A stretch of DNA of 62,477 bases, filler included, from Sphacelaria rigidula (lineage: Eukaryota): the NCBI GenBank assembly GCA_964200075.2. It is 6 parts of 6 records of this genome, joined end to end, with 100 filler letters (N's around TTAATTAATTAA, not from the genome) between each part and the next. Parts side by side here need not be neighbours in the genome. Positions count along the whole stretch, not along the records: positions 20,861 to 31,190 come from CAXNAA020006709.1; positions 31,291 to 41,619 come from CAXNAA020006710.1; 4 more parts are not named here. One strand, given 5' to 3'. Within the stretch, counting starts at the first letter, position 1, and every line of letters begins with the position of its first letter. Below, in pieces: positions 25,111 through 36,488 of this stretch. Made by a program: the position numbers and the translations under genes. The notes under the pieces are model-generated. The model saw nothing but the letters and a program-made list of their open reading frames with translations. It made no database searches and was not told the origin of the DNA.

Positions 25111-27253
25111 TCTCAAGTTGCAGAGTGATATGGGGTATCAGCCAAGACGGGGAGTGCTTCGAAGGCGTCGAGGAAAATTGTTTGCCTCAACGACGCAGGA
25201 AGCAGCGGTGAAGCTCCGTCTTCCGTGTTTCGGTCGATTTCTACATAAATGATCTGGCGCTCTACGGTAGTACAACAGCACAATGTGCATGAAGAACGGA
25301 CTTGCCCTGGGCAAGTCACTAGCTGACTGCTTCAGGTGCTCTCTGCTTGTTTCATTCCCGACTACTTCGTTGATATTTGTGACTTATATGCGGTGGGACG
25401 CTTGACGGGGAACTGCCGAACGCCAAGCGTCATTCGTCATCCGCGAAATGCGTGATGAAGCGCTTTCTAGGCATGATGCAGGACATGCTCCCCATACCTC
25501 GAAGGGAAATGTACATGCCAAGGTTGAGCGTTTCACTGCACGACATCCGAAAACAACAAATATTGACAAACGGCGGCTTGCTATTCAACTACAGGAGTGT
25601 TTGTCGGTCCGGACGTGAAGAATTTTGCGTTCTTATTCCTACGTGCTGCCAGCCTTGGCTTTCTTGTTCTCATCCCCCGCTCCTCATGGAGAGTCCCCGC
25701 GCTACTGCGTGTTACAGGTGGATGATTCTCAAATCCCTCACACTGCTTGATATGAGATTTTGATGCTATCGTAGCTCCTCAACATCACGGGTCTGTAGCC
25801 AAATGATACCAAGTCGTAGGTTTCAGTATAATCGCATGCATGATTGGAGCAGTGGCAGGGGACGGGATCATGGATTGATGATCCTTATATGTGTGGCCTC
25901 TTGCTGTCTAGCTCTTGATGTGGTCTGTAGAGGTTCCCTCCGTGATAATAACAAGTGAGAAGAAAGGACTTGTCGAGCACGAGGCCAGTGCTACTGGAGG
26001 AGCCCCTCGTGGATAGTCCTCTTGTCCAGATCGCCTGGCAGAGGCTACAATATCTAGATATTCTTCCGGCACTCTGATAGAGGAGTTTGGCTGAGGAGAG
26101 AGTAGGCTGCAGCTGAGAGACAGATTAACACGCAGACAGGACGAGACCAACTTGAAGCGCACAGCGCTGGACGACGCTCCGTGAGCTGGAGGGCGCACAA
26201 GTGAGGAAAGAGTCTCTTCGTGAAGTGCTTGAAGCATAGACGACATGGCTCAAGCGGCGGCAGCGCCGCTGGTGTTGGGTGAGCCACTAGAGCCGCCTAA
26301 CTATTGCGAAGTGTGGACGGAAGAGGCCTCAAGAAGGTTTTTATGCCGCTTATCTCGACTATTTAGAGAGGCTGATTTCAGCCAATAGTACAGGAGTTGT
26401 GAGGTATTAGAGGGTGAGCATAGGTCAACTTATCCCTACATACGTTCATCGATGTTTTGAAGATATGTATAAGGACCGTCGGGCTATGACCCCCGATGAA
26501 TTGCTTGATGCTGTGAAGCAGCATTCCGGGTATACTACAACCGGCGGAAAGCATGACATTGCGCGGGCTGCAGCAGACCTGCGTAAAGGTCTTACTATGC
26601 CACGAAGCGAGGGAGAATCCGTCAAGGACCATGCCATGCTGGTCAGTTCAGGTATGAAGAGGTTTATTGCAGAAACGTGATGGTGCAAGCCATGTACCGT
26701 GCGGAAGACAGGAGTTGGTTGCCAGGCCCGGCCGAGTCGGTTTCCATAGCTTTGGTGGACGGGATTTCGCCCCCAGAACTCAAGGCGTATGTTAGAAGTG
26801 TACTAACGTATGTTGACGGCTGGGAAAAGAACCCGACGGTGGTGTTCAAAACAATATTTGAGTCGGCCGACCAATGGAAGTTCATTGAAGTACATAGTCG
26901 GCGCGATTCTGCAACAAGTGCAGGTGGTATGCGCCGCAAGCAGCAACAGCAACAGCGACAGCAGCCGTCTTCGCGAGCGTCGTCCACTCGCGCGTGTTAC
27001 AACTACGGCGACACCGGATATATGATCAAGGACGCCTCGCGCTCAAGACGCTGCACAGGGCAATGCGCGAGATTCATGAGGATCTCGGGGCGGTCGTCAC
27101 GGTGGACGGATCCGTGCCAATCAGGGACGCGGGCGCGGCGACCGCGGTAGCAAGCAATCGGCGGCGGATGGTGGTTCCTCCGCTGCTGTTTCTTCCACTA
27201 CATCATCAGGTGGTGACTCTGAATCTTATGGTTCGTTCGTAGCGGGGCGGACA

Positions 27254-27850
27254 GTGTACGTGGGGAATGCAAATACTTCGGTGGAGAGTGCTGGCGCGAA
27301 TAGCTCGCAACCCCTCGGCCAGGCAGGATCCGTGTCTGGTGCATTTTCTACTGCTGCGACGGCTGTAACAGCGCCGTCTGCATATTTGGCGACTTGGTCT
27401 GGTTGGACCGACGGTTCGCAGCTATCGATGTCAAGTGCTGGAGGGCAGCCCTGCCGTCAGGTGACTCTTGGGACAGAACAGGGTTCTTCGGCAGGCGTGG
27501 TACCTGTCGATTGCAAGGCTGAATGCTTACGTGCAGATTTAACCTTGCCTGGTTCTGTAGGTTCGTTCATGGCCCGCGTTATTCTGGATTCTGGATCCGC
27601 TCTCACGTCGATCGGTGTGGGGTTGCTTGAACAGATGTCTTCGCAGTTTGGCGGCGCTCAGCTTCAGATTCCGTTCGGAAACGGACCGCGAACGGCGCAG
27701 ATTGCCACGGGTGCTCCCGTGACGGTTACAAAAAAAACGGTGCCGATTACTGTTAGCGTACGTACGTCATGGGGGGTTGTGGAGTTGCAGTCTATTCCTT
27801 CCGCTGTCATGCCCGGTAGGGACAACGTGGTTCTATTGGGATGGCGATGA
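27254..27850 (+). pseudogene. Gypsy aspartic protease region
   Basis: VILDSGSALTSI active-site motif and NVVLLG closing motif. Confidence 0.8.
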
Positions 27851-28110
27851 TGCAGGAGCTCGGGATTGACCTATATCCGCTGGCGTTGGAGAAGTTACGT
27901 CCGCGTGCTGTGCCGGTGCAAACCGGCGTGGAAAACCCCAGTTACCTTGCTGCAAGGCGTGTGATCGTACCCATACGGTCATTCCAGAGCGCTAATAAGG
28001 AGAAGGCTCCCGCTGATGAAGCGGTAGAGCGCTTGGTCGATCGGGGGCCGGACATGTTCATGGACCCAGCAGAGGAGAGAGGTGCATGAGAAGATGCGCT
28101 TGAGGATAGC

Positions 28111-28932
28111 GTGCGGCAGGCCGAGCAGAAGGACCTGAGCGCCGATGGCACACATTATTTGCGCGATATTTTGGCTCGTCGCGTAGGTACATTTCGCCGT
28201 GCGCTGCGTGGTGATCGGCCAGCGCGCGTAGAGCCCATGAGAGTGCAGCTCAAGCCCCAGAAAAAATGCGGTGAAGGCCAAGCCCAGACGGTACGATCCC
28301 GTGAAGACCGGGTGGCTTGCCTCATGCATCGCACCTTTGATGCGTTTGGTTTAGTGGTGAGGAACATCCAGGCTGTGTGGGCGAGTCCGGCGATGGTGGT
28401 GCCGAAGAGGGACACAGTCCGTTTGGTCAGCGACTATCAGGCGGTGAGCGCGCAAGTGGAACAGTCTCCGGGAATGATGACAAGCCAAGAAGACATGCGG
28501 GAGTTGCTGGGAGCCCAATGCTTCGGCAAGTTGGACCTGCTACAGGTGTATTGGCAGATACCTCTGGCGCCGGAGGCTCAGGAGATCTTCACGATCGTCA
28601 CGCCGGACGGTTTGTTTGCGCCCAATCGTGTCCCGCAGGGCGTGTTGAACGCCACGGCGTATTTCCAAGATGTGCTAACGGACATTTTGCGCGGTCTAGA
28701 TTGTAAAGTGTGGGTGGATGACGTTTTCAATTTTGCTGAAACCAAAGAAGCACTGTTAGCTTTGCTCGACGAAGTTCTTGGCCGCTTGGACAGCGTTGGT
28801 CTGTTCGTCGCTGCCCATAAGTGTCCTTTTTTCGCCCGCGAAGTGGTTTGGTGTGGTAAGGTGTACCCCAAGGGTACTGTTTCGCATGATCCCGTCCGTA
28901 TTCAAGGTTTGAGCAATATGCGACGTCCTTAA
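28111..28932 (+). pseudogene. Gypsy reverse transcriptase
   Basis: WASPAMVVPK, RLVSDY, FGKLDLLQVYWQ, RVPQGVLNA and VWVDDV motifs. Confidence 0.93.
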
Positions 28933-28947
28933 AACGCTAGTGAGCTG

Positions 28948-29832
28948 ATGCAGTTTCTGCAGGAGGTGAATCGGTTGCGGACTTCGCTCCCGCGCATGGC
29001 GGAAGTAGTTGCTCCGCTTCGAGTATTTCTGGAACAACTCATGGTCGGGGCTTCGCGTCGGACCAAGCGGGTCGCGCGTAATCTTATCATTCCGGAGGAC
29101 GCTTGGACGGAGGATCGTGTGCGGGCATGGCGTGCTGCGCAAGATTTGGTGGCGCAAGCGGTGCCGCTGTATCATCCTCGTCCAGGGTGCGTTGTTCTGA
29201 TGTTTCCAGATGCTTTGAATGTTCACTGGGGTAGTTTTTTTACGCAAGTGCCTGTCGCAGAGTTTAGTAGTGGCATCGCGCTCGAAAACATGTCACACCA
29301 ACCGTTGGCTTTTCTGAGCGGTAGTTTGAAGGGTTCACACTTGCGGTGGGTGACAGTGGACGAGGAAGGTTTCGCGATAGTCAATACATTTCGAAGGCTA
29401 GAGTACTTGCTTTGGGGTGGTGTTCGCATTTCCACCGATCATCGCAATCTTGAGTACATTTTTGACCCCGAAGAGTGTGTCACATCGGTGACGAAGGCCA
29501 TGGCAAAACGGCTTGACAATTGGAAAGGAGTACTAGGTCAATACCGGTATGGTATTGAACACATTCCTGGAGAGCGCAATTGTTGGGGAGATTTGTTGTC
29601 TCGCTGGGTGAAGGTTCCTACCGTACCTGTTCGTTCTGCCGCCGTGTACAGCCCGTGTGATGCCGATAATTTGCTGCTCTCGTTAGATGCCATTCGTACC
29701 GCGCAGCGCAAAACAGTCGGCGACGGTGTTCATTACTTTCCTACGACTTTCGGTCAAGTTGTTTTGCCTGACGATGGTTTGTTTCGCGTGCTTGTTGGCA
29801 GTAGTGATGTTTTGTGGATTCCGTCGGATGAT
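28948..29832 (+). pseudogene. Gypsy RT thumb and RNase H
   Basis: MFPDAL..HWG, PLAFLSGS, EEGFAIV, STDHRNLEYIF and IEHIPGERNCWGDLLSR motifs. Confidence 0.9.
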
Positions 29833-29948
29833 NNNNNNNNNNGTGGGATGATAAGGCTCTACAAACTCGCTTGATAGTGTGCGCTCACATGCGGTCGACT
29901 GGTCACCGTGGTGTGGCGCCGACCCTGTTTCGTTTAAAATAATTCTGT

Positions 29949-30809
29949 GTGTGGCCTCATATGGATACCCACGTTCGCGAGTTCGTTCGCCAGTGTTTGC
30001 GTGGTGTAGACACTCGTGCTGGTGAGATTGCACCTCGTCCGCATGGCGATACTGTGCATGGTACTGCTCCACGGGGAGTTGTTCACTTTGATTTTCTGTA
30101 CGTCGGCAGTAGCGGACCTGTAGGTGCTAATGGTTTGCCTGAGGAGGATGGTTTTCGGTACGTTTTGGTCATCATGGATGATTTGTCCGATTTCGTTTGC
30201 TTGGAGCCGACCGAGGCTTGCACCGCCGAGGTTACGGCTAAGCACTTGCTCCATTGGTGCAAGACTTTGGGGGTGCCGCGGGTTCATGATACCGCCACGC
30301 ACTTCAAGAATCGAGTGATCGCGCAGCTGAGCGATGCGTTCAAGGTGCAACACCAATTTGCTGTTGCGTATACCCCTTGGTCGAATGGTGCTTGTGAGCG
30401 CATGGTGCAAGAGGTCATTCGTGCGTTGCGGTCTATTTTGTCGGAACAGCGACGGCCGGTGCCTGAATGGGTTGATGTTTTGCCAGCCGCTCAGTGGGCG
30501 TTGAATACTTCTTTTCGTGAACGCTATCGTAACACTCCATATTGTGTGATGTTTGGGCGTGCGCCGCGTACAGCGTTTTCCGCGTTGGCTGCTGTCACTG
30601 GCGACGGGTGGAACGTCGATGTCATGGATGCTGATTCGTTGCGTGACAAGGTTCGAGGCGTGGTTGACGAGCAAGTGCGGTTTTGTAACGGAGTGCAAGC
30701 TACTGCCGCGATGTCTCGCGAAACCAAGCGAAAGCTTGCTCAGGGCCAGGCTGTGTTGCCCAATTTTGCAGTTGGAGATTTCGTATTGTATGCCCGTGTT
30801 CGGAGGTAA
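29949..30809 (+). pseudogene. Gypsy integrase
   Basis: VVHFDFLY, LVIMDDLS, DTATHFKN, YTPWSNGACERM, PNFAVGDFVL; followed by WTGPW (GPY/F-like) after a stop. Confidence 0.92.
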
Positions 30810-31015
30810 GGTGTGACGCCCAAGTCGATGTCCACGTGGACAGGTCCGTGGCGAATGGTCGGAGCCGATCACACTCACATGTATTTGGTGTAGAACATTG
30901 TTTCTGGCGCCGTGCGCTCGGCCCACGTCACTCGTTTACGTTTCTACGCTGACTCGCAGTTGCAAATCACTGCGGAACTAAAAGATGTATTTCAGCATTC
31001 GTATGCTCAAGGTGA

Positions 31016-31190
31016 GTGTCGGATAAATGGATGAATGCTTTGGTACACGTCGCTGAGGATGACAATGGTGATGTCATTGTTTTGGTCGATTGCGAAGGGT
31101 TCGGGGCTGAAGAACGTACGTGGGAGTCTCTTCGCAAGATTCATTCTTCTGCGCCTGAATTTGTTTTGAAGGAACTGCGTAAAATGCGGT
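31016..31190 (+). pseudogene. Integrase C-terminal chromodomain
   Basis: VIVLVDCEGFGAEERTWESLRKIHSSAP matches the chromodomain pattern LV.W.GF..EE.TWE (W to C substitution). Confidence 0.75.
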
Positions 31191-31290
31191 NNNNNNNNNN
31201 NNNNNNNNNNNNNNNNNNNNNNNNNNNNNNNNNNTTAATTAATTAANNNNNNNNNNNNNNNNNNNNNNNNNNNNNNNNNNNNNNNNNNNN
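31191..31290. other. Artificial contig linker
   Basis: N44-TTAATTAATTAA-N44. Confidence 0.98.
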
Positions 31291-31339
31291 CGAAGGTTTT
31301 CCGACTGTATTTCATCCTCAACAAAAAGTACCATCCTCA

Positions 31340-31580
31340 ACATAGATGATTCGCTGTTATATGGCACGTAATCGTGACCATTGGCGACTTCGTGACGTCA
31401 CTTCACAGAGTATGTTGAATACATGGGCGGACGATGGCCATCAATCACATGAGTGACAGTACGTCACGAGCTACAATGAGTATGAGCGACCGACGGCCGT
31501 AAAAAAAAAAAGTGCAGGTGAATGAACCTACCTGCCCCAGCTTGTCTGCCCCCACCCATGGCACTACATACTTTGTACCT
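31340..31580 (+). repeat. Dispersed repeat (probable DNA-transposon end); inverted homologue at about 43623-43860
   Basis: gctacaatgagtatgagcga...ggtgaatgaacctacctgccccagct...ctgcccccaccca matches the reverse complement of 43623-43860. Confidence 0.7.
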
Positions 31581-31848
31581 CGCAACCTCTTCGATATCAC
31601 TTTTAGTACAGAGCGCTACTCACCATTATTGAGAAATCGAGTAGACGGGTAGTCAGGTAGGTATTATCACAATGAGCGACTTTACTGGCCGCACACGTGA
31701 TTCCTCCACGGAAGAGTCAGAGGTGGAAATAGTGCAAGGCGCGGAAACATCGAAACAGCCGCAGGAGGAAGGAACAGAAGAAGGCGCGACGGGGTCAGGT
31801 GTGATAGACCTGACCCCGAGCGAGGCCCCGGCGGTCCGCGTTGTACAG

Positions 31849-32235
31849 GCCTCAGATATCTTGTACTCGAACTTAAATATTCAAATTATAACCAAGGTTT
31901 TGGTGCATCGGGTCCGGCCTCAGATACTCTACCGAACTTTTGGGTAGATTGGGTATGGCCTCAAATAACCTACGCAAATTTTAGGTAGATTGAGTATGAC
32001 CTCTAATACTCTACTCAAAATTTGAGGAGATCGAGTACAATCTCCAGTACTCTACTCATACTTAGTAAGCACTCTCAGTGATACTTGAGTATAGAGTATC
32101 ACTGGGTATAACCTCAAAACTCTACTTATTGTTTGGGTGGATGAGTATGGCCTCAAATACTATACTCAAAATTTGAGTACAAGTATGTCTCTTCGAAAAT
32201 ACTGAGTATTGAAAATAAACTTACTCTACTCAACC
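31849..32235. repeat. Degenerate about 41-bp tandem array with internally palindromic units
   Basis: Units such as ggcctcagatactctaccgaacttttgggtagattgggtat, ggcctcaaataacctacgcaaattttaggtagattgagtat, gacctctaatactctactcaaaatttgaggagatcgagtac. Confidence 0.8.
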
Positions 32236-32269
32236 TGCTCTTGCCACCCATCACAATCAGAGGTATGAA

Positions 32270-32440
32270 TCTGAAGAATTGACAGCCCCCGCAAACCAAA
32301 AACACACAGCGCACGCCGTAGCGGCTCATCGGGTCAGCTGCCGCGAAAAGTATAGTTTTTTTTCTGGCTTGTTCACCGTCTCCCTTTTCGGCTTGGCATC
32401 ATCACAAGTACGAGCATCGTAGCCCCAGACCGCGAGGGTA
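32270..32440 (+). repeat. Dispersed repeat; inverted homologue at about 46835-47010
   Basis: cccccgcaaaccaaaaacacacagc...gccgtagcggctcatcgggtcagctg...cggcttggcatcatc matches the reverse complement of 46835-47010. Confidence 0.65.
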
Positions 32441-33029
32441 GTCATTGAGGTTATGCATTATTTTCCCAAGTCGAACTGCTGCTGATTCAACAGGTGAACT
32501 ACTTTTGTCGTCCAAGGTTTAACGATCTCTGAAAAACAACTGGTATTTTCTCCAGCAGCGGAGACAGGAATCAAACGGAACGCGTGGCAACGCCAGTCCT
32601 AACGCCAAGCAGAGCACAGTGCAGAAAGCAAATGTACTCCGAATTCAAGCCGAAACGGAACGCATCCTAATGTCCAGCGAATGTCCGCGAAGAGGAATCA
32701 ACGAAAGAGTTTACTCGAACATCAAGTAAAGACGAAATAGTGGCTGCTCAGAGCTTCAGAAAACGAAATGGCTCCAAACGATTCGTAGTCCAAACCCAAG
32801 TGATCAAAATGACAACTGTCTGCAGAGAACGGATCTCAAAACGACTGTAACTTCTATATGTGTTCCTACATATTTATACGAATTATCACCCGAGATTCTG
32901 CCAATAGCAATGACATGCTCGTGAGATTAAGAACGGAAGTGTTTAGAGAGGGAGGCTTTGAGTGGGTTACATCACGACAGTGGAATCGTCCGAAATGGTC
33001 GTTCCCCCGCCGTGAAAGCCCGTGACTTG

Positions 33030-33531
33030 TGTTGGAATTCGAGTAATGTCAGTTTCGAATATACATACTCGAGATTAGCGGTAAAACCAGTCACGGTTCA
33101 TCGTTGCAATAAATATCGCAGTAATAATAAATAGCTCATCATGTATTGAACAGCTCATAGACAGAAAGTCAGCATATAAAGGGTTGAGTACGAAGAGTCT
33201 ACGGTATCAACAGTTCCGATAAACAGTTTTATAGTGTCCGAGTCGAGATAGTGAAATAGCCCTACGCTATTTACTTTTCAAAGCGACCCACTCTCACGTA
33301 AGCCTACCAGCTTGTCCTCAGGAATAGAGACTGATTGTGTTTGACTTCCAGTAGCGGCCGGATGAAGAGCCAAGTTAAAAACCTTGTTCTCATTGCACAA
33401 CCAAACACTGTGCAGCCTCTGCGAGCTCTCTTGATAGAGCTGGGTTCACCAGTTGAACCAATTGTTCCCGTCTCTTTGACAGTTGAACATTGTGTATTGT
33501 GTACACAAGCCACAACAAATATATTCCAACA
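33030..33531 (+). mobile_element. Solo LTR of the 36489-40667 Copia-type family
   Basis: TGTTGGAAT...ATTCCAACA termini; 5-bp TSD acttg/atttg; colinear with both LTRs of the nearby element. Confidence 0.88.
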
Positions 33532-35299
33532 ATTTGATGAAAACTTCAACGCAATCAGATTCGAAATCGATGATGCCTTCCATGAGATACGGCCGAAAAC
33601 GTGTAAAACGTTTTTGTTTTGTTTTGGACACATTTTCCCTCACAACTCTGCACTGACCACGTCGATTCTGAATCTTTCAACACCAAAGCTATCGTTAGAT
33701 CACAGGCTTTCAGGGGGATGACGGCCGTTTCGGACGATTTCACCATCTTGGTGTAAATCGCCAAACACCCCACGTCCCGAAAAACAAATATGTTCATAAT
33801 TTCCCCAACATGTTGTGAAATGCCTTCTACAATACCTTCCCGACGGTCGCATGCGTGGTTTTATACTAGCAGCTATGGACAACTCAAGAGGTTGTCGTAG
33901 CCGCAATGTTGTTCAAATCAAAAGTGGTGGCGCGAAGGATGAAATATTACTTCGACCAATCAGCGACGTTAAAACTGTTCTGAGATGAACGAATGAATTA
34001 CAAACCCGAAATTCACACACACTCTGCACCCTTCGAATCTTAGTGACCACCATCAGCTCGGGGATCTCACGGAGAAAAATATGTTTGGGAACGGTTACTT
34101 CAAACGTTTTCGTGAGATTGAGAGTAGAGCGCTGATTGAGAGTGGCTTTCGTGATTAGCCTTAACCTACCCAATTTTTCATTCCGTGTGTGCTTTTGTTT
34201 GGCTCTACCACCAGCGTTCGCTTGAAGCTACACGTCGATATCCTACTCAAGGACATCAAGGGCCTCAATGGCAAGCCACTCCAGGAAGCACATCGGGCCT
34301 CGTGGAGGGGCCTTTCGGAACTGAAACGATTCATTCACTAGTTGACCGCTTTTCACACTCAATCGTTTAATCTAGGATAAAGGTTCTCCGCCAAACGATG
34401 GAATCCCGGTGATGTGGAGTTTCTGGCAGCTTCGGATATGAACTGATGATGTGCACTTGAGAACCAAAAATCCTCGTCATGGGTTCCCCCATATTATATG
34501 CCGTAGAATAGCTCAGATCGTCCTAGTCAATGGCAATGCGGTAGGTATTGTTGCTGCAACCAAAATATTCTTCACCTTCTGGGGCCTCCACGCCCGGACG
34601 CCCGGGCGCCCGTAAGCCTGTACGGAATGCCCCCCTTAGAAAACTGTACGCGTCCCGACGTGTACCAATGAATTATTGGGCGAAGTGTAGTTGCGAACTT
34701 AAAAAAGCCAGGGCCTTTTTTCTCAGGTTGGCGTCATATTACGCTTGCACCCTAGAATCATGAGGTTCCATCTGTAAAGCTCATTCCATCGCACAAACAC
34801 AAACATCTTCACCCCGACTCTTGGAGTTGAAATCTCAAACTTTGCACATATTTACTGTAGAACGTTGGAGAGTTTCGGAAAGTTTTTTCGCTTTCCAGAA
34901 TCAGACCGGGAGGGAAAAAGCCGGCAGCAGTGCAAATTCCACGACGTAGCAACACTGGGCATCGCAGAAATGGGGCCTTCCTGCCGTCATGGTATCACCG
35001 TTCGCATGGTTGTGTTGCGGGAGATATGTTTCCTGGGCGTGCACAAGACGTTGTCTTGATGAGTAAAGCTCCTCAATATTGCCAGCATCAGCTGGAAGAA
35101 GGCAGTGTGAACGATCCTTCGTCTACAGGGCACACGCATTGCTGCACCTGGCTGCACTGCCATTCCGTGAGAGGCCACAGGGCTTTGCACCACTGACTGC
35201 CATTGGTGGCATTTTGCAAAATCGTCGGGATGCGACCTTGTCTGTTCTTTGGGAGTGCTGCAGTGCTGCATATACGGCACCGCTCTACTTTACCATACA

Positions 35300-35440
35300 G
35301 CAATGTACTGTAGATTTATGCACTACCCTGTGCTGCACTGTACTATACTGCACTGTACTGTATACTTCACTGTACTGCACTGCACTATGTAGTAAAGAGT
35401 ACTATAGTGCCCTGTGCCCTGCTGTGCAATGTAGTGCAGT
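35300..35440. repeat. Degenerate (TACTG/CACTG)n pentamer repeat
   Basis: gctgcactgtactatactgcactgtactgtatacttcactgtactgcactgcactatg. Confidence 0.8.
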
Positions 35441-35452
35441 GACGCGAACAGT

Positions 35453-35658
35453 TGTCATTCGTGATAAGACTGTGCGCTTTTAGGACCGCATCGGATTAGA
35501 ACACCCCAGGATCGACGTTTTCAAGACCGCACGGGTCAGTCCCTGCAGGGACAGCGCCCCTGACCCTAACCCTGACCCTAACCCTGACCCTACCCCTAAC
35601 CACACGTTTGTTGAAACTCTGATGCGGTCCGAAAAACGTAGTCCTCCCAGGTATTACA
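35453..35658 (-). mobile_element. MITE carrying telomere-like repeats, copy 1
   Basis: Degenerate TGT...ACA TIRs; internal ccctgaccctaaccctgaccctaaccctgaccctacccctaacc. Confidence 0.75.
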
Positions 35659-36237
35659 CGTACCCGTCGCCCGCATTTCACTCATGCGCGAAGGTTCACA
35701 CCAATTCTTGGAGTTAGACTCTGAAAACGTACACATACAAACTATAGAGCATTGGTAAAATTGTCGTGAATGGTGCCCGTGGATCTTTTGTTTCAACGGT
35801 GTTCAGGGTTCCCAGGAAGTTCTGCGTTATTAGGGGATCGCATGTGCTTCTGGAATTCCTGATGTCTAGCGGAGGAAAACAAGATCGGAAGATCTCATCA
35901 GGAAGGTTCCCCAATAGAGAGTTTCAGAAACGTTCAAAATTCATATCGGAGTCAGGACGGAATAATTTCAGAGTGGAAGCTTTCGGAAACTTGAGGATGA
36001 AGGGTGGAGCCTGCTGGACGGAGTCTGACGTGACGTGGTTTGGCGTTTCTTAATTGTCCATAGTTATTGGCCGCGGGGGGTTCCCCGCTAAATATGCGAT
36101 CGACCAGCGTCCAATCCTAAAATCCAAAATGCATAGGTCAGCACAACAATGCACGGTAGCAAGTCTGCAGTAAAGACAGCAAATGTTGACTGTATGATGC
36201 TGTACCCTGCGGCACTGTACCGTACCGTACTGTACTG

Positions 36238-36444
36238 TGTAATGCGTGGGAGGACCGCGTGCCTTTTTACCGCATCGGAATTTTTCAATTCCCGTATGGA
36301 TAGGGTTAGGGTTAATGTTAGGGCTAGGGTTAATGATGGGGTTTTACGGTCAGGAGCGCGGTCCCTCCAAGAACAAAACGTCGATCCTGGGATATTCGAA
36401 CACCTATGAGGCTGAAAAAACACCCGGTCCTCTCACGCATTACA
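36238..36444 (+). mobile_element. MITE carrying telomere-like repeats, copy 2
   Basis: TIRs tgtaatgcgtgggaggaccg / cggtcctctcacgcattaca; internal tagggttagggttaatgttagggctagggtta. Confidence 0.8.
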
Positions 36445-36488
36445 GTGTGAACAAGCTCGTATCATTAGAGACATGTCTGGTGCGTATG

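Larger units (their letters stand above)
26245..31190 (+). mobile_element. Degenerate Ty3/Gypsy LTR retrotransposon with chromodomain; 3' end cut by contig end
   Basis: Domain order gag (ATG 26245; decayed knuckle CYNYGDTGYMIKD), protease (ILDSGSALT), RT, RNase H, integrase, chromodomain; many stops and frameshifts; 10-N gap at 29833-29842; LTRs not identified. Confidence 0.95.

Noticed and set aside
31849..32235. CRISPR-like array of palindromic repeats
   Set aside because: Units abut with no unique spacers, are degenerate, and there are no cas genes; eukaryotic TE context.
35560..35601. True telomere or chromosome fusion scar
   Set aside because: Tract is short, degenerate and enclosed by TIRs shared with two other copies.
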